Shown here one piece after another: positions 42,809 to 64,000 of a DNA stretch of 64,000 nucleotides (the stretch's first letter is position 1; every line of letters begins with the position of its first letter). Location: assembly GCF_009914755.1 (NCBI RefSeq), contig NC_060940.1; one strand, given 5' to 3'. Origin of the DNA: the human T2T-CHM13v2.0 reference genome, Homo sapiens. Both the position numbers and the translations under genes were made by a program. The notes under the pieces were generated by a model, which worked only from the letters and a program-made list of their open reading frames with translations, had not been told where the DNA came from and did no database searches.

Positions 42809-42967
42809 GTAGTTTAAAAGTATGGCTGGGCATTGTAGCTCACACCTGTAATCACAGCTACTTGGGTGGCTGAGGCAGGAGGACGTTTGAGTCAAGGAGT
42901 TCAAGACCAGCTTAAGCAAAACAGTGGGACCCCATCTTAAAAAAAAAAAAGTTTCAAAGTGAAAAGC

Positions 42968-43070
42968 CTTGATAATGACTATAGAAGACACAGTGAAGTA
43001 GTTGGACGCTTACACATGCTTGATAATGACTATAGAAGACACAGTGAAGTAGTTGGACACTTAACACCTG
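42968..43070 (+). repeat. Tandem duplication, 2 x ~51 bp
   Basis: cttgataatgactatagaagacacagtgaagtagttggac repeated. Confidence 0.95.
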
Positions 43071-43464
43071 CACTATCAGTGTGAGTGTTGCCAGGTACAA
43101 AGGCAGGCGTGTTGATCATCACCCTAAATTCCCTGAGTGGCATTACTGACAATGACATGATTTTTTGAAATGATGAACTCTTTACATGGTAAGTTGTACT
43201 CATGAAAAATTCATGTATCTTAAAATTGCATCTTTTGGGGGTATTAATATATACTAAGGAGTTCTAAGTTTATAAACATTTTCCTTATACATGAATGTCT
43301 GATGGGATATTCTCAAATTCTGTGAGATGTAGACTATTCACTTTGAAGAACTATAGTTATCCCATGTATTGAGATAAAGTTGAATCTCTGGCCCTTTCTC
43401 CTTAAGTATCTGTAGTGCACCCCACTTATCATGTTGACAACTAAACGCATCTTCACAACATTTA

Positions 43465-45260
<1,796 letters not shown>

Positions 45261-45277
45261 CTCACATTTCCATATAG

Positions 45278-45968
<691 letters not shown>

Positions 45969-47766
45969 CTTATACTTTGTTTCCTAGTGATACCATCATT
46001 CTCCTGGGTACTGAAGCTCAGATCTGACTTATTGGATCCCTCTATCATTCTGTGTATAGTTAGTTACGAAAATCTCTTTAGGGCCTTCTAGGAAAGATTT
46101 ATTGCATTCATCCCTTTCCATTTCTATTTTCTATTTATGATCCTGCCTCCACCCTAGTTTAAACTTTCAGCACCCATGATTTAAGTGCCTCAGCCCTCTT
46201 AACTTGTTTCCATGATTTCATCCGTTCTCTTTCATAGAGGCTTAATTGATTTTTATCATATGCTTACCTGAAGCTCCTGAAAGGGCAGGAATTTATTCTT
46301 AGTATAGGATGTAGACAAGCACAAGATAAGGAGACTCAGATATTATATTTTAAATATTGCAGTCTCCTCTCAGGGAACTGACCTTTACGTATCTGAATCA
46401 AGTCAAGTAACATGAAGATCAGAGGGAATGATATTTCAGAGGGATAAAATATTAAGTGTGAAAGCCCTGACATTAGGAGTGAGCTTGAGTGGTTCATGCA
46501 ATAAGGCCAGCAAGGCTAGAGCAGACTGTGGAAAGGGTAAGGCCAACAGTTCAGCCAGGGCCCTAATCACCTTATGCTGTGTAAACCATCATAGGGAATT
46601 TGAATTAGTTCTAAATGTGGAGGGAAGCCATTAGAGAGTTCTGAGCAGGGGAGCCAAAGTTATCCAATTCATGTTAACAAGTTTATTCTGACTCTTGGAT
46701 AGAGAATGGACTATAGGGCAACAAGAGGGAAGACAGAGAGCAGTTATAAGGCTATTGCAATAGTCCAGGCTTTAATTGCTTCTTTATAAATGTTACAGGA
46801 CTGAAAACTATCCTGGGTAAAATTGTATTACCTAATAATAGGCAAAAGTCTTAATGTCTTCTTCTGGGTACAGGGAGGATAACCAATAAATTATGAAGTT
46901 CGCTGGTTACAAGTTCCACTGTAAAGCCAAGGCTGGACAAGTAGGCGGGAATAAAACTCACCTGTAAGACTCCACCAAATACAAGGAGGCTACTATACCA
47001 AGGAAGAGGAGGCATGGCAGGAGAACTGAGACCCCCCTCACTTCATAGTTTTACCTACTGAAGGCAGAAACCCTTAGGCACTTAGGCTGTCATTTACAAA
47101 GACTGAAGTATTATCAGGAGAGCTGAAAGAAGTCTCTCCAAGCCAATCTCAAAAGACCCAAGATCTAGTAACATAGCTGAAGAGATGCCCTGAGGCTCAG
47201 AAATAAAGAGCAAGACTGAAGAGCATAGAGAACTCCTCATAGATTAAAAAATTATCAGCCAGGTGGTAAATCAGAGGAAGGTCTTCCAACAGTTTCAAGG
47301 ACCGGAGACTTGGTTATGAAGCATAGGTAGATCTCTGGAATCTGGCCAGCTCTCAGATTCCCTCGCCAGGCAGAAGAGAGAGACATTCCACCCGCCAGGC
47401 CTTTAAAGCCAGTGCTATACTGAATCAGACTATAGCTTCAGACACAGTTTAAGAGCTGTGACCTTACAAAAGAAATAGCATGCCCCTTTCTGTAGGTAAA
47501 TATTTTCTGCTTGAGTCTCTAGACTTTTTTTATACTAAATGTCCATTAAAACAATAAACAACCATACACACACACACAAGAAAATGTGGCCCACATTAAA
47601 GAGAGAAAACACTCAATGGTAGCAGACTGAGAGAAGGCTTAGATTAGATATTGGAAAGATACTTTAGAATTACTATAATAAAAATCCTGAATTACCTTGA
47701 GGAAAAGGTGGATTCCGTATACATGAAGAGATGGAGGACTTTCATTAGGGCAGAGACAGTTTTTTA

Positions 47767-48063
<297 letters not shown>

Positions 48064-48114
48064 TCAAAAACAACAACAACAACAAAAACAAAAACAAATG
48101 GATAATGATGGGGA

Positions 48115-48900
<786 letters not shown>

Positions 48901-48939
48901 GAAAAAAAAAAAGGCATAGAAAACAAAGGCACAAACACA

Positions 48940-49005
48940 TTCTCTCTCTCTGTCTCTGTCTCTCTCTCCTTCTCCTTCTCTCCCTCTCTCCCTCTTTCTC
49001 TTTCC
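48940..49005. repeat. CT-rich microsatellite / polypyrimidine tract
   Basis: tctctctctctgtctctgtctctctctccttctcc... Confidence 0.85.
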
Positions 49006-49618
49006 CGAAGATTGTTGAAATTGTTTGCTTAAATAGGCATTTAACTTGGTTGGAGTCAGCCTGGAAAACTTGTCTCCCTGTGGTTGGTGGCAGCTCAAAA
49101 TCTCATTTCAGTTTTAGCCTTAGCTAGGCTGCTTGGGGTCTGTAAGTTTATACTTATAAAATTGTAAGTTTATAATATATGGAATAGGGGTTTTCAGACT
49201 CTTTCTACTAAAAGTGTCTCCGATTTAACAGTCTGTTAGAGGACCTTCCTATATACCCAAATCTTTAGGTCTGGTCTGAATGGTTAATGTTGCCCAGAGT
49301 ACAGAATCAGTATTTCTTTTGTGTTTTCTACAGCAGAGTCAGAAAGCTTTGTACAGTTTTGGTCGATCTAGATATTTATCTTAAAAAAACAAAACCAAAC
49401 CCACATTCCTTTATGTAACGTATTCCAGTGTTTTATTTCTTAAACTAATTTGGAAATTTGGAGGGCTGCTCACTGGTTACTTTTGGTTGTATTTTTTGAA
49501 ATAACATTTTGTGTGTCAATAGTATATGATAGAGATATAATAGACTTACTATTGTTGGCATATTGTAAAATGCATGGATAATGAATTGTGCTTTTCTGTG
49601 TTTCTTTTTCCTGATTAG

Positions 49619-49818
49619 CTCCTGGGCTATAACGAAAAGCCAATAAATCTACAAATGTTTATTGGGACAGCAGATGATCGATATTTACGACCTCATGCAT
49701 TTTACCAGGTGCATCGAATCACTGGGAAGACAGTCGCTACTGCAAGCCAAGAGATAATAATTGCCAGTACAAAAGTTCTGGAAATTCCACTTCTTCCTGA
49801 AAATAATATGTCAGCCAG
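49619..49818 (+). CDS. NFATC3: NFATC3 coding exon 4 (200 bp): Rel-homology domain
   Basis: ctgattAG|CTC CTG GGC TAT...; [66 protein letters not shown]; donor AG|gtattt. Phase 0 in, phase 2 out. Confidence 0.97.
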
Positions 49819-50699
49819 GTATTTTGAAATATACCTAAAATGTGCAGTTCTTTTTTTCTCTATACTTTCAGAAAAAAAGTAAATATATTTTTGAATATAA
49901 ATATAAAATATTGTTCTAAATGGCATTATGTAAATAATGTACATTTAGTACATTTTCTAAGAGTGGTAGCATATTTCCAGAAGGAAAATTCAATTCAGTA
50001 AGTGTTTTTATACTATATATTACCAGCCAAGCCATTATCCTAGGTGATAGGGATATAAATACTGTATCTGGACTTTCATCAAATGGCTCACAGTCTATCT
50101 AATAGGGTAGACAATAAATAAACAATTATGATACAATTATGATTGTTCTATTTCCTTAAGGAAAACTTTTGACTTTACCTCCAGGCATCCCACTTGACCC
50201 ATTTCCAAATAAGATGAGGTGGCCAACTTCTGAATGAGAATGCAATAGAGTTTTGTACAAAAGGATTATATATAGTTGCCTGTAATAGAAACCTGATATG
50301 CAGTGGCTTGAACAGTTAGGGGTTTAGTGTTTTATCACATAAACGAAATATACAGATAGATATTTTAGGGCTAGCACAGTAGCTGCATAAGTCATTAGGG
50401 CCCCAAGCAAGTTTTTTCTTCTTTGCCGTCTTTAGCATGTGGTTTCCATCCTAAAGATTGTCTTATGATCTAAAATGGCTGCTGGAGCTCTAGCCATGAC
50501 ATCCTTATTACCAGAGGGGTAATAAGGAGAAAGGTGTGGAGGAAGGGTAAAAGGGAACTTCCATTGGAGTCAAATCCTCTTTTAAGAACCTTTTCCTAAA
50601 ACCTACTTAACAACTCTACATCTCATTGATCATGCTTATATGTAAGGAACACATGGTTATGTTTACCAGAACACATTGTCACCTCAAATAATTTAGGGA

Positions 50700-52738
<2,039 letters not shown>

Positions 52739-54339
52739 TAAACATTTGTGTTCTATAATGTAGAAAGAACTTTGGAATCTCAGCCTGTATTTATTCAGAT
52801 ACTCGAGCAAAACTTTCTTGAGGAAAAATATTGACACCAGGCATCCTATTGGACACATTTTCAAATAAGGTTAACATGCCCAACCTCTGAATGAGAATAC
52901 AAGTAGGCTTCTTCCCTTTTGTTCTGGGATCTTACTTTTTTATATAGCATCAGAAGCATGTGATATGTGATTAGTCAGCTGTAGAGGGAAATTTAAAAAT
53001 CACCTTTGAACTGTCTTTTTCCAAAAACTCAGGAAATTGATCCCTAGACGATAGTTTGCAGGCCATGTTTGCATTCATTCCTCTGGATATTCAAAGCACA
53101 ATATTCGAATCAAGTTAAATAGAAAAATCACAAGTTTATTCTGTTACTTAACTTGGCTTGAGGGACAGTATGAGAAATAGCCATGAACATACTTCATAAT
53201 CTGAAAAACCACTATTAAAGACAGTTTCTCTTAGGTTGATCACTATTGCATGCGTGTGTGCATGCACACACAAACACAGTCCTTTCAACTTAAAGGAAAA
53301 AAGTTAGTGTTTCCCGATGGCATGGTAGATTTTGCTTTACCGTACAACACGTGGCCTATAACAACTTTATCACATTTACTTTTTGCCTTGGCTTCCAGAA
53401 CTTCATAGTCAAGCCCGTTTACAGTAATTATAGTAATTTGTACAACTCTAGACTTGGAGTTTACTTCCTAGTGTTTTAAAATTTTTTCTATTTATTTTTT
53501 CTTGGCTTTATTTGTATCTATATTGTAAAATGCCTCATATCCTTTCTGAAAATAATATATAAACCAATAAATAGAAAAGAGTATATTAATTTCTATGAAA
53601 AATTATCAAGAAATTGGGAAAGGCTCATATCCCAAATAATATGAAAGCATTGGAGCAGTAGGATCTAAATTTACCTGTCTCCTCCATCATCTTCCATTTA
53701 CTAGCACATGGAACAAGGGTAATAGTCATAATTTATGTCCCTTCCTCAACCAGATCTAGCATGTACTGTGTATTTTAGACCAGAAAGGACCAGGCTGCAG
53801 AAATACCACTATGACTAGTAACATACAGGTAGTCCTCCTCCTGCAACCCTACCACACACATACCTAAAACTTCTTGACCATTCTATCTGCTCTGTACTGG
53901 TAGATTGTGGAACAGGAGTTCTGTAGGACCCAAGCGTTATGTATATTGGAGAAAGGATTAAATAAGGGGCAACTAGGATGTTACTAAACCTAAGAAACTT
54001 TTTTTAGGTACTGTAGATACCAGGGTAGCTAATGATGAATGAGCCTGTTTACTCAGTAGCTAATTGCTAGGATAAACTAGTATCCTAGTAGCTTGTTGAA
54101 TGTAACTATATTATTCAGTACAGTGGTTGAATATAATATAGTTCCAGATAATGGTAGGTTTAAAATTCCCAGGTGATAGATAAGACCATGGTTCAAAATA
54201 ATTTATGCATAAGTGAACCTTAAGTATGTATTAAGTGTCTTTACTGTTCTCTTAAGGCAATAAGGTGTGGAAAAATTCATAGATACTCCCTTGGTTTTGC
54301 CTACTAAGCCATGGGCTTGGTTATTTCAAGCCTAAACTC

Positions 54340-54499
54340 TTTTTTTTTTTTTTTTAAACATCTCAATTGGCTTTATTGGTGATTCTGGAATTGGGCAACA
54401 CTTCATTCCATAAAATACATAAGTGTTCCGACAAGGTTGACTTTATAGACAGAGAAGGGCTGAAGAAAGACAAGCAAAGATCAAAGAACATGTTGATCA
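54340..54499 (-). mobile_element. SVA 3'-transduced sequence with a second poly-A tail
   Basis: Outer poly-T 54340-54355; AATAAA (minus) at 54372-54377; TSD gcctaa(a/t)ctctttt at 54330-54343 and 56182-56195. Confidence 0.85.
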
Positions 54500-56180
54500 T
54501 TTTTTTTTTTTTAATTGATCATTCTTGGGTGTTTCTCGCAGAGGGGGATTTGGCAGGGTCATAGGACAATAGTGGAGGGAAGGTCAGCAGATAAACAAGT
54601 GAACAAAGGTCTCTGGTTTTCCTAGGCAGAGGACCCTGCCGCCTTCCGCAGTGTTTGTGTCCCTGGGTACTTGCGATTAGGGAGTGGTGATGACTCTTAA
54701 CAACGAGCACGCTGCCTTCAAGCATCTGTTTAACAAAGCACATCTTGCACCGCCCTTAATCCATTTAACCCTGAGTGGACACAGCACATGTTTCAGAGAG
54801 CACAGGGTTGGGGGTAAGGTCACAGATCAACAGAATGAGAATTTTTCTTAGTACAGAACAAAATGAAAAGTCTCCCATGTCTACCTCTTTCTACACAGAC
54901 ATGGCAACCATCCGATTTCTCAATCTTTTCCCCACCTTTCCCCCCTTTCTATTCCACAAAACCGCCATTGTCATCATGGCCCGTTCTCAATGAGCTGTTG
55001 GGTACACCTCCCAGACGGGGTGGTGGCCGGGCAGAGGGGCTCCTCACTTCCCAGTAGGGGCGGCCGGGCAGAGGCGCCCCTCACCTCCCGGGCGGGGCGG
55101 CTGGCTGGGCTGGGGGCTGACCCCACCACCTCCCTCCCGGACGGGGCGGCTGGCCGGGCAGAGGGGCTTCTCACTTCCCAGTAGGGGCGGCCGGGCAGAG
55201 GCGCCCCTCACCTCCCGGGCGGGGCTGCTGGCTGGGCGGGGGGCTGACCCCCCCACTTCCCTCCCGGACGGGGCGGCTGGCCTGGTGGGGGCTGACCCCC
55301 ACCTCCCTCCTGGACGGGGTGGCTGCCGGGCGGAGACGCTCCTCACTTCCCAGACGGGGCGGCTGCCGGGCGGATGGGCTCCTCACTTCTCAGACGGGGC
55401 AGCTGCCGGGCGGAGGGTCTCCTCACTTCTCTGACGGGGCGGCCGGGCAGAGACGCTCCTCACCTCCCAGACGGGGTCGCGGCTGGGCAGAGGCGCTCCT
55501 CACATCCCAGACGGGGCGGTGGGGCAGAGGCGCTCCCCACATCTCAGACGATGGGCGGCCGGGCAGAGACGCTCCTCACTTCCTAGATGGGATGGCGGCC
55601 GGGAAGAGGCGCTCCTCACTTCCTAGATGGGATGGCGGCCGGGCAGAGACGCTCCTCACTTTCCAGACTGGGCAGCCAGGCAGAGGGGCTCTTCACGTCC
55701 CAGACGATGGGCGGCCAGGCAGAGACGCTCCTCACTTCCCAGACGGGGTGGCGGCCGGGCAGAGGCTGCAATCTCGGCACTTTGGGAGGCCAAGGCAGGC
55801 GGCTGGGAGGTGGAGGTTGTAGCGAGCCGAGATCACGCCACTGCACTCCAGCCTAGGCACCATTGAGCACTGAGTGAACCAGACTCCGTCTGCAATCCCA
55901 GCACCTCGGGAGGCCGAGGCTGGCGGATCACTCGTGGTTAGGAGCTGGAGACCAGCCCGGCCAACACAGCGAAACCCCGTCTCCACCAAAAAAATACGAA
56001 AACCAGTCAGGTGTGGCGGCGTGCGCCTGCAATCGCAGGCTGAGGCAGGAGAATCAGGCAGGGAGGTTGCAGTGAGCCGAGATGGCAGCAGTACAGTCCA
56101 GCTTCGGCTCGGTATCAGAGGGAGACCGTGGAAAGAGAGGGAGAGGGAGACCGTGGGGAGAGGGAGAGGGAGAGGGAGAG
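54500..56180 (-). mobile_element. Full-length SVA retrotransposon (CCCTCT hexamer, Alu-like region, VNTR, SINE-R, poly-A)
   Basis: (AGAGGG)n at 56135-56180; Alu-like 55770-56130; GC-rich VNTR ~55000-55760; SINE-R to cccaagaatgatcaattaaa; poly-T at 54500-54512. Confidence 0.97.
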
Positions 56181-56351
56181 CGCCTAATCTCTTTTCTAAG
56201 ACCATTACACTAACGCATAAGTCACAGAGCTACCCTACAAGATGCTTTAAATATAGGATGCCAGTATTTATTGCCTTAGCTCTTTGCAGCTCCTCTGTTT
56301 TTTTAACATTGGATTAATATTGATGTAGCAGTGCTACACCTTGATTTAAAA

Positions 56352-57446
<1,095 letters not shown>

Positions 57447-57879
57447 GTTCTTGTCTTGCTATCCTAGTTCTGTAATATATTGTCCTTCAAAGTGACTTCT
57501 GCAGCCTCTGTGCAATAAGCATTAGGGTTGGAACTGTTGATAGATCCAGTAAGAGGACAGATAACAACGAATGCCTTGTTAGCAAGGTTAACTAGTATAT
57601 TTGATCATAATTAGTTATCCATTTGCTTTATTCTTCCAATATGTGAATAACAAAGGTATTTTGTAGCTTCTGTTGTTTCCTGCCACAATAGTGTGTTAAA
57701 CAGTCATACTTAATAATAAAGTTAGCAGATGATGAAATGTTATACCTTAAATGCAGAACCTTCATCTTACATGTGCATTCCTTAGAAATTCAAGAATTTT
57801 AGCCTGATAGATTGTTTTTATTAATAAATACATCACTATAAAAGTCTAAATATGCTGTTGATAAATTATTTCTTGTTCT

Positions 57880-58385
57880 GACGTAGTTACATGTGTAGAA
57901 TTAAAGAGTCTTTACTTTATTTCAGCTGTCTGGTTCTAACACTCCAAAAATTTAATGGCTTATAGTTATCACTCTATTATTTTGCATGATTCTTTGGGTT
58001 GACTGAGCTCAACTGGTCCATTCACATGGTGTCAGCTGGGGTCACTTAAGTACCTGGATTAAGTGGGAGCTCAGCTAGGGTTGAACATCCAAAACGGCTA
58101 GGGTGGCTGGGTGGCTGGAGTGGTTAGGGATTGTCTGGGCCTTTCTCTGCACCATGCTAGTTGGACTTCTTACTCAGGACTCCAAAATAGCAAAAGTGGA
58201 AGTTACCAGCCTTCTTCAGTGCTAGGCTCATAACTTGCATATTGTCACTTGGCCACACTCCATTTGTCAAAGCAAGTCATAGGCCAGTTCTCAAGGAGAG
58301 CAGGCATAGATACTCTACGTCTTAATGGCAGGAGGAAAGGCATGCAAGTACTGGAATGAAGAGGAATTATTAACTTTGCAGACAA
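57880..58385. mobile_element. MLT1-like LTR relic
   Basis: aatggctta...tcagctgggg...ccatttgtcaaagcaagtcataggccag. Confidence 0.6.
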
Positions 58386-58592
58386 TCTGCTAAGTTTTGC
58401 ACTTTTATCGTACAAAAATATTTTTAATGCCTAAACTTCAGTTTAGCAGTGAATAGCAATCATACATATCTTTCTTTTTTGACCTAATTTTGGGTAGTTT
58501 TTTTCTGACAAATTAACAATTTCTATGTAGTTGAGTTGTTTATAACCATGATTATCAATAAACAAATTAAATTTTTGTATTTTTCTCTTTAG

Positions 58593-58765
58593 TATTGATT
58601 GTGCAGGTATTTTGAAACTCCGCAATTCAGATATAGAACTTCGAAAAGGAGAAACTGATATTGGCAGAAAGAATACTAGAGTACGACTTGTGTTTCGTGT
58701 ACACATCCCACAGCCCAGTGGAAAAGTCCTTTCTCTGCAGATAGCCTCTATACCCGTTGAGTGCT
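58593..58765 (+). CDS. NFATC3: NFATC3 coding exon 5 (173 bp): Rel-homology domain
   Basis: ctctttAG|T ATT GAT TGT...; (S)[57 protein letters not shown]; donor T|gtaagt. Missing from the ORF track because it has no start codon. Confidence 0.97.
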
Positions 58766-59556
58766 GTAAGTGAGCTTGTGATGATGTTTTAAGATCTTGT
58801 GTATAATAGCTTATTTTCTGTTTTACTTATAATGTAATGTATGCGTCTGAAGTGCAAACTGAGGCATACAATCTGGGTTGCTGGTTTGATTTTCTCATGT
58901 GGAAATGAGCTAACATGTTTGGGTGGAAGAGTACTGATCTTGGAATTAGAAAATGGTTTCTCATGATAGTTTGACTAGGTAGCTCTGTGAACTACAGACA
59001 ACCTCTCTTGACCACAGTTTTCTTGTCTGTAAATGAGAATGGGGGGCCTGATGCCATCTGAGGACCAAATCATGAAGCTATGATTCAGATGCTTTTAAGT
59101 ATCACTTGGTCTTTATTTCATTAAAATGTCAGCCTTCATGCTAGGAGGTACTTACTTCTGTAAGCTGATACTTTAGCTAAATAAGACTTAACAGAGCTTT
59201 TGTTCAAATTATTTACAACATCTGATTGAGATAGTGAATGTTTTTTCCTAACATACAAAACCAAGATACAAGAAAAGACCCTGCAGCCTGACATGTACTC
59301 AATCCTGGGGAACTGTGGATCTTGGGCAGGTTAGCTGGTATGACTTGAAATATTGAGACTAATACTTGATCTTTAGGACATAATTTAGAATATTCTGATT
59401 CCATGTTTTATTTGCATAGGAGAAAACAGAGGCACAAGTATCTCTAGTACTCATTCAAGGTTATTTGCTTTTTAGTGATAGAGCTGTGCTGCCTAGAAAA
59501 CAGGTTTTCTTATACTCTGTTGATTATATAATGTTTTATATCTGTTAACCGTATGT

Positions 59557-63883
<4,327 letters not shown>

Positions 63884-64000
63884 CACGTAGGCATCTTCTA
63901 TGAAAGAATTGATTATAATACTCTCTTTGAATCGGGCTGGCGTCCCAATTTATGTACTTTTGTGGCTAGGTATTAAGTACTTGAGAGCTGTTGTGAGCTG

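Noticed and set aside
55000-55760. Repeat array superficially like a CRISPR or novel repeat system
   Set aside because: Standard SVA VNTR units without unique spacers; eukaryotic context
54775-56317. Several overlapping 60-167 aa ORFs
   Set aside because: By-products of the GC-rich SVA VNTR and Alu-like region

Overview
Human genomic DNA (a human-specific AluYb8 and an SVA are present) from inside the NFATC3 gene on the + strand. The window holds the 3' part of intron 1, coding exons 2-5 (13739-14873, 18199-18361, 49619-49818, 58593-58765; all AG/GT, phases compatible) and the start of intron 5. Exon numbering follows my recall of the NFATC3 structure. The exons encode the calcineurin-binding regulatory region (PSIQIT, serine-rich region, SP repeats, NLS, LSVP) and the N-terminal Rel-homology domain. 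The introns are dense with repeats: roughly 70 Alus, a 5'-intact antisense L1PA, L1PB/L1M/L2 relics, THE1/MLT1 LTRs, Tigger and hAT DNA transposons, and a full-length antisense SVA. Best leads: (1) an in-frame, LTR-derived candidate alternative last exon in intron 3 (30262-30510, AATAAA at 30581) that would give a ~549-aa NFATC3 keeping both calcineurin docking motifs but lacking most of the DNA-binding domain; (2) an SVA carrying a ~145-bp 3' transduction and an untemplated 5' G; (3) an 87-nt near-perfect hairpin made by fold-back duplication; (4) several local templated insertions whose donors are visible nearby; (5) a 14-nt identity between the exon 4 donor and the start of exon 5. Nearly all other ORFs in the track are Alu, L1 or SVA artefacts.
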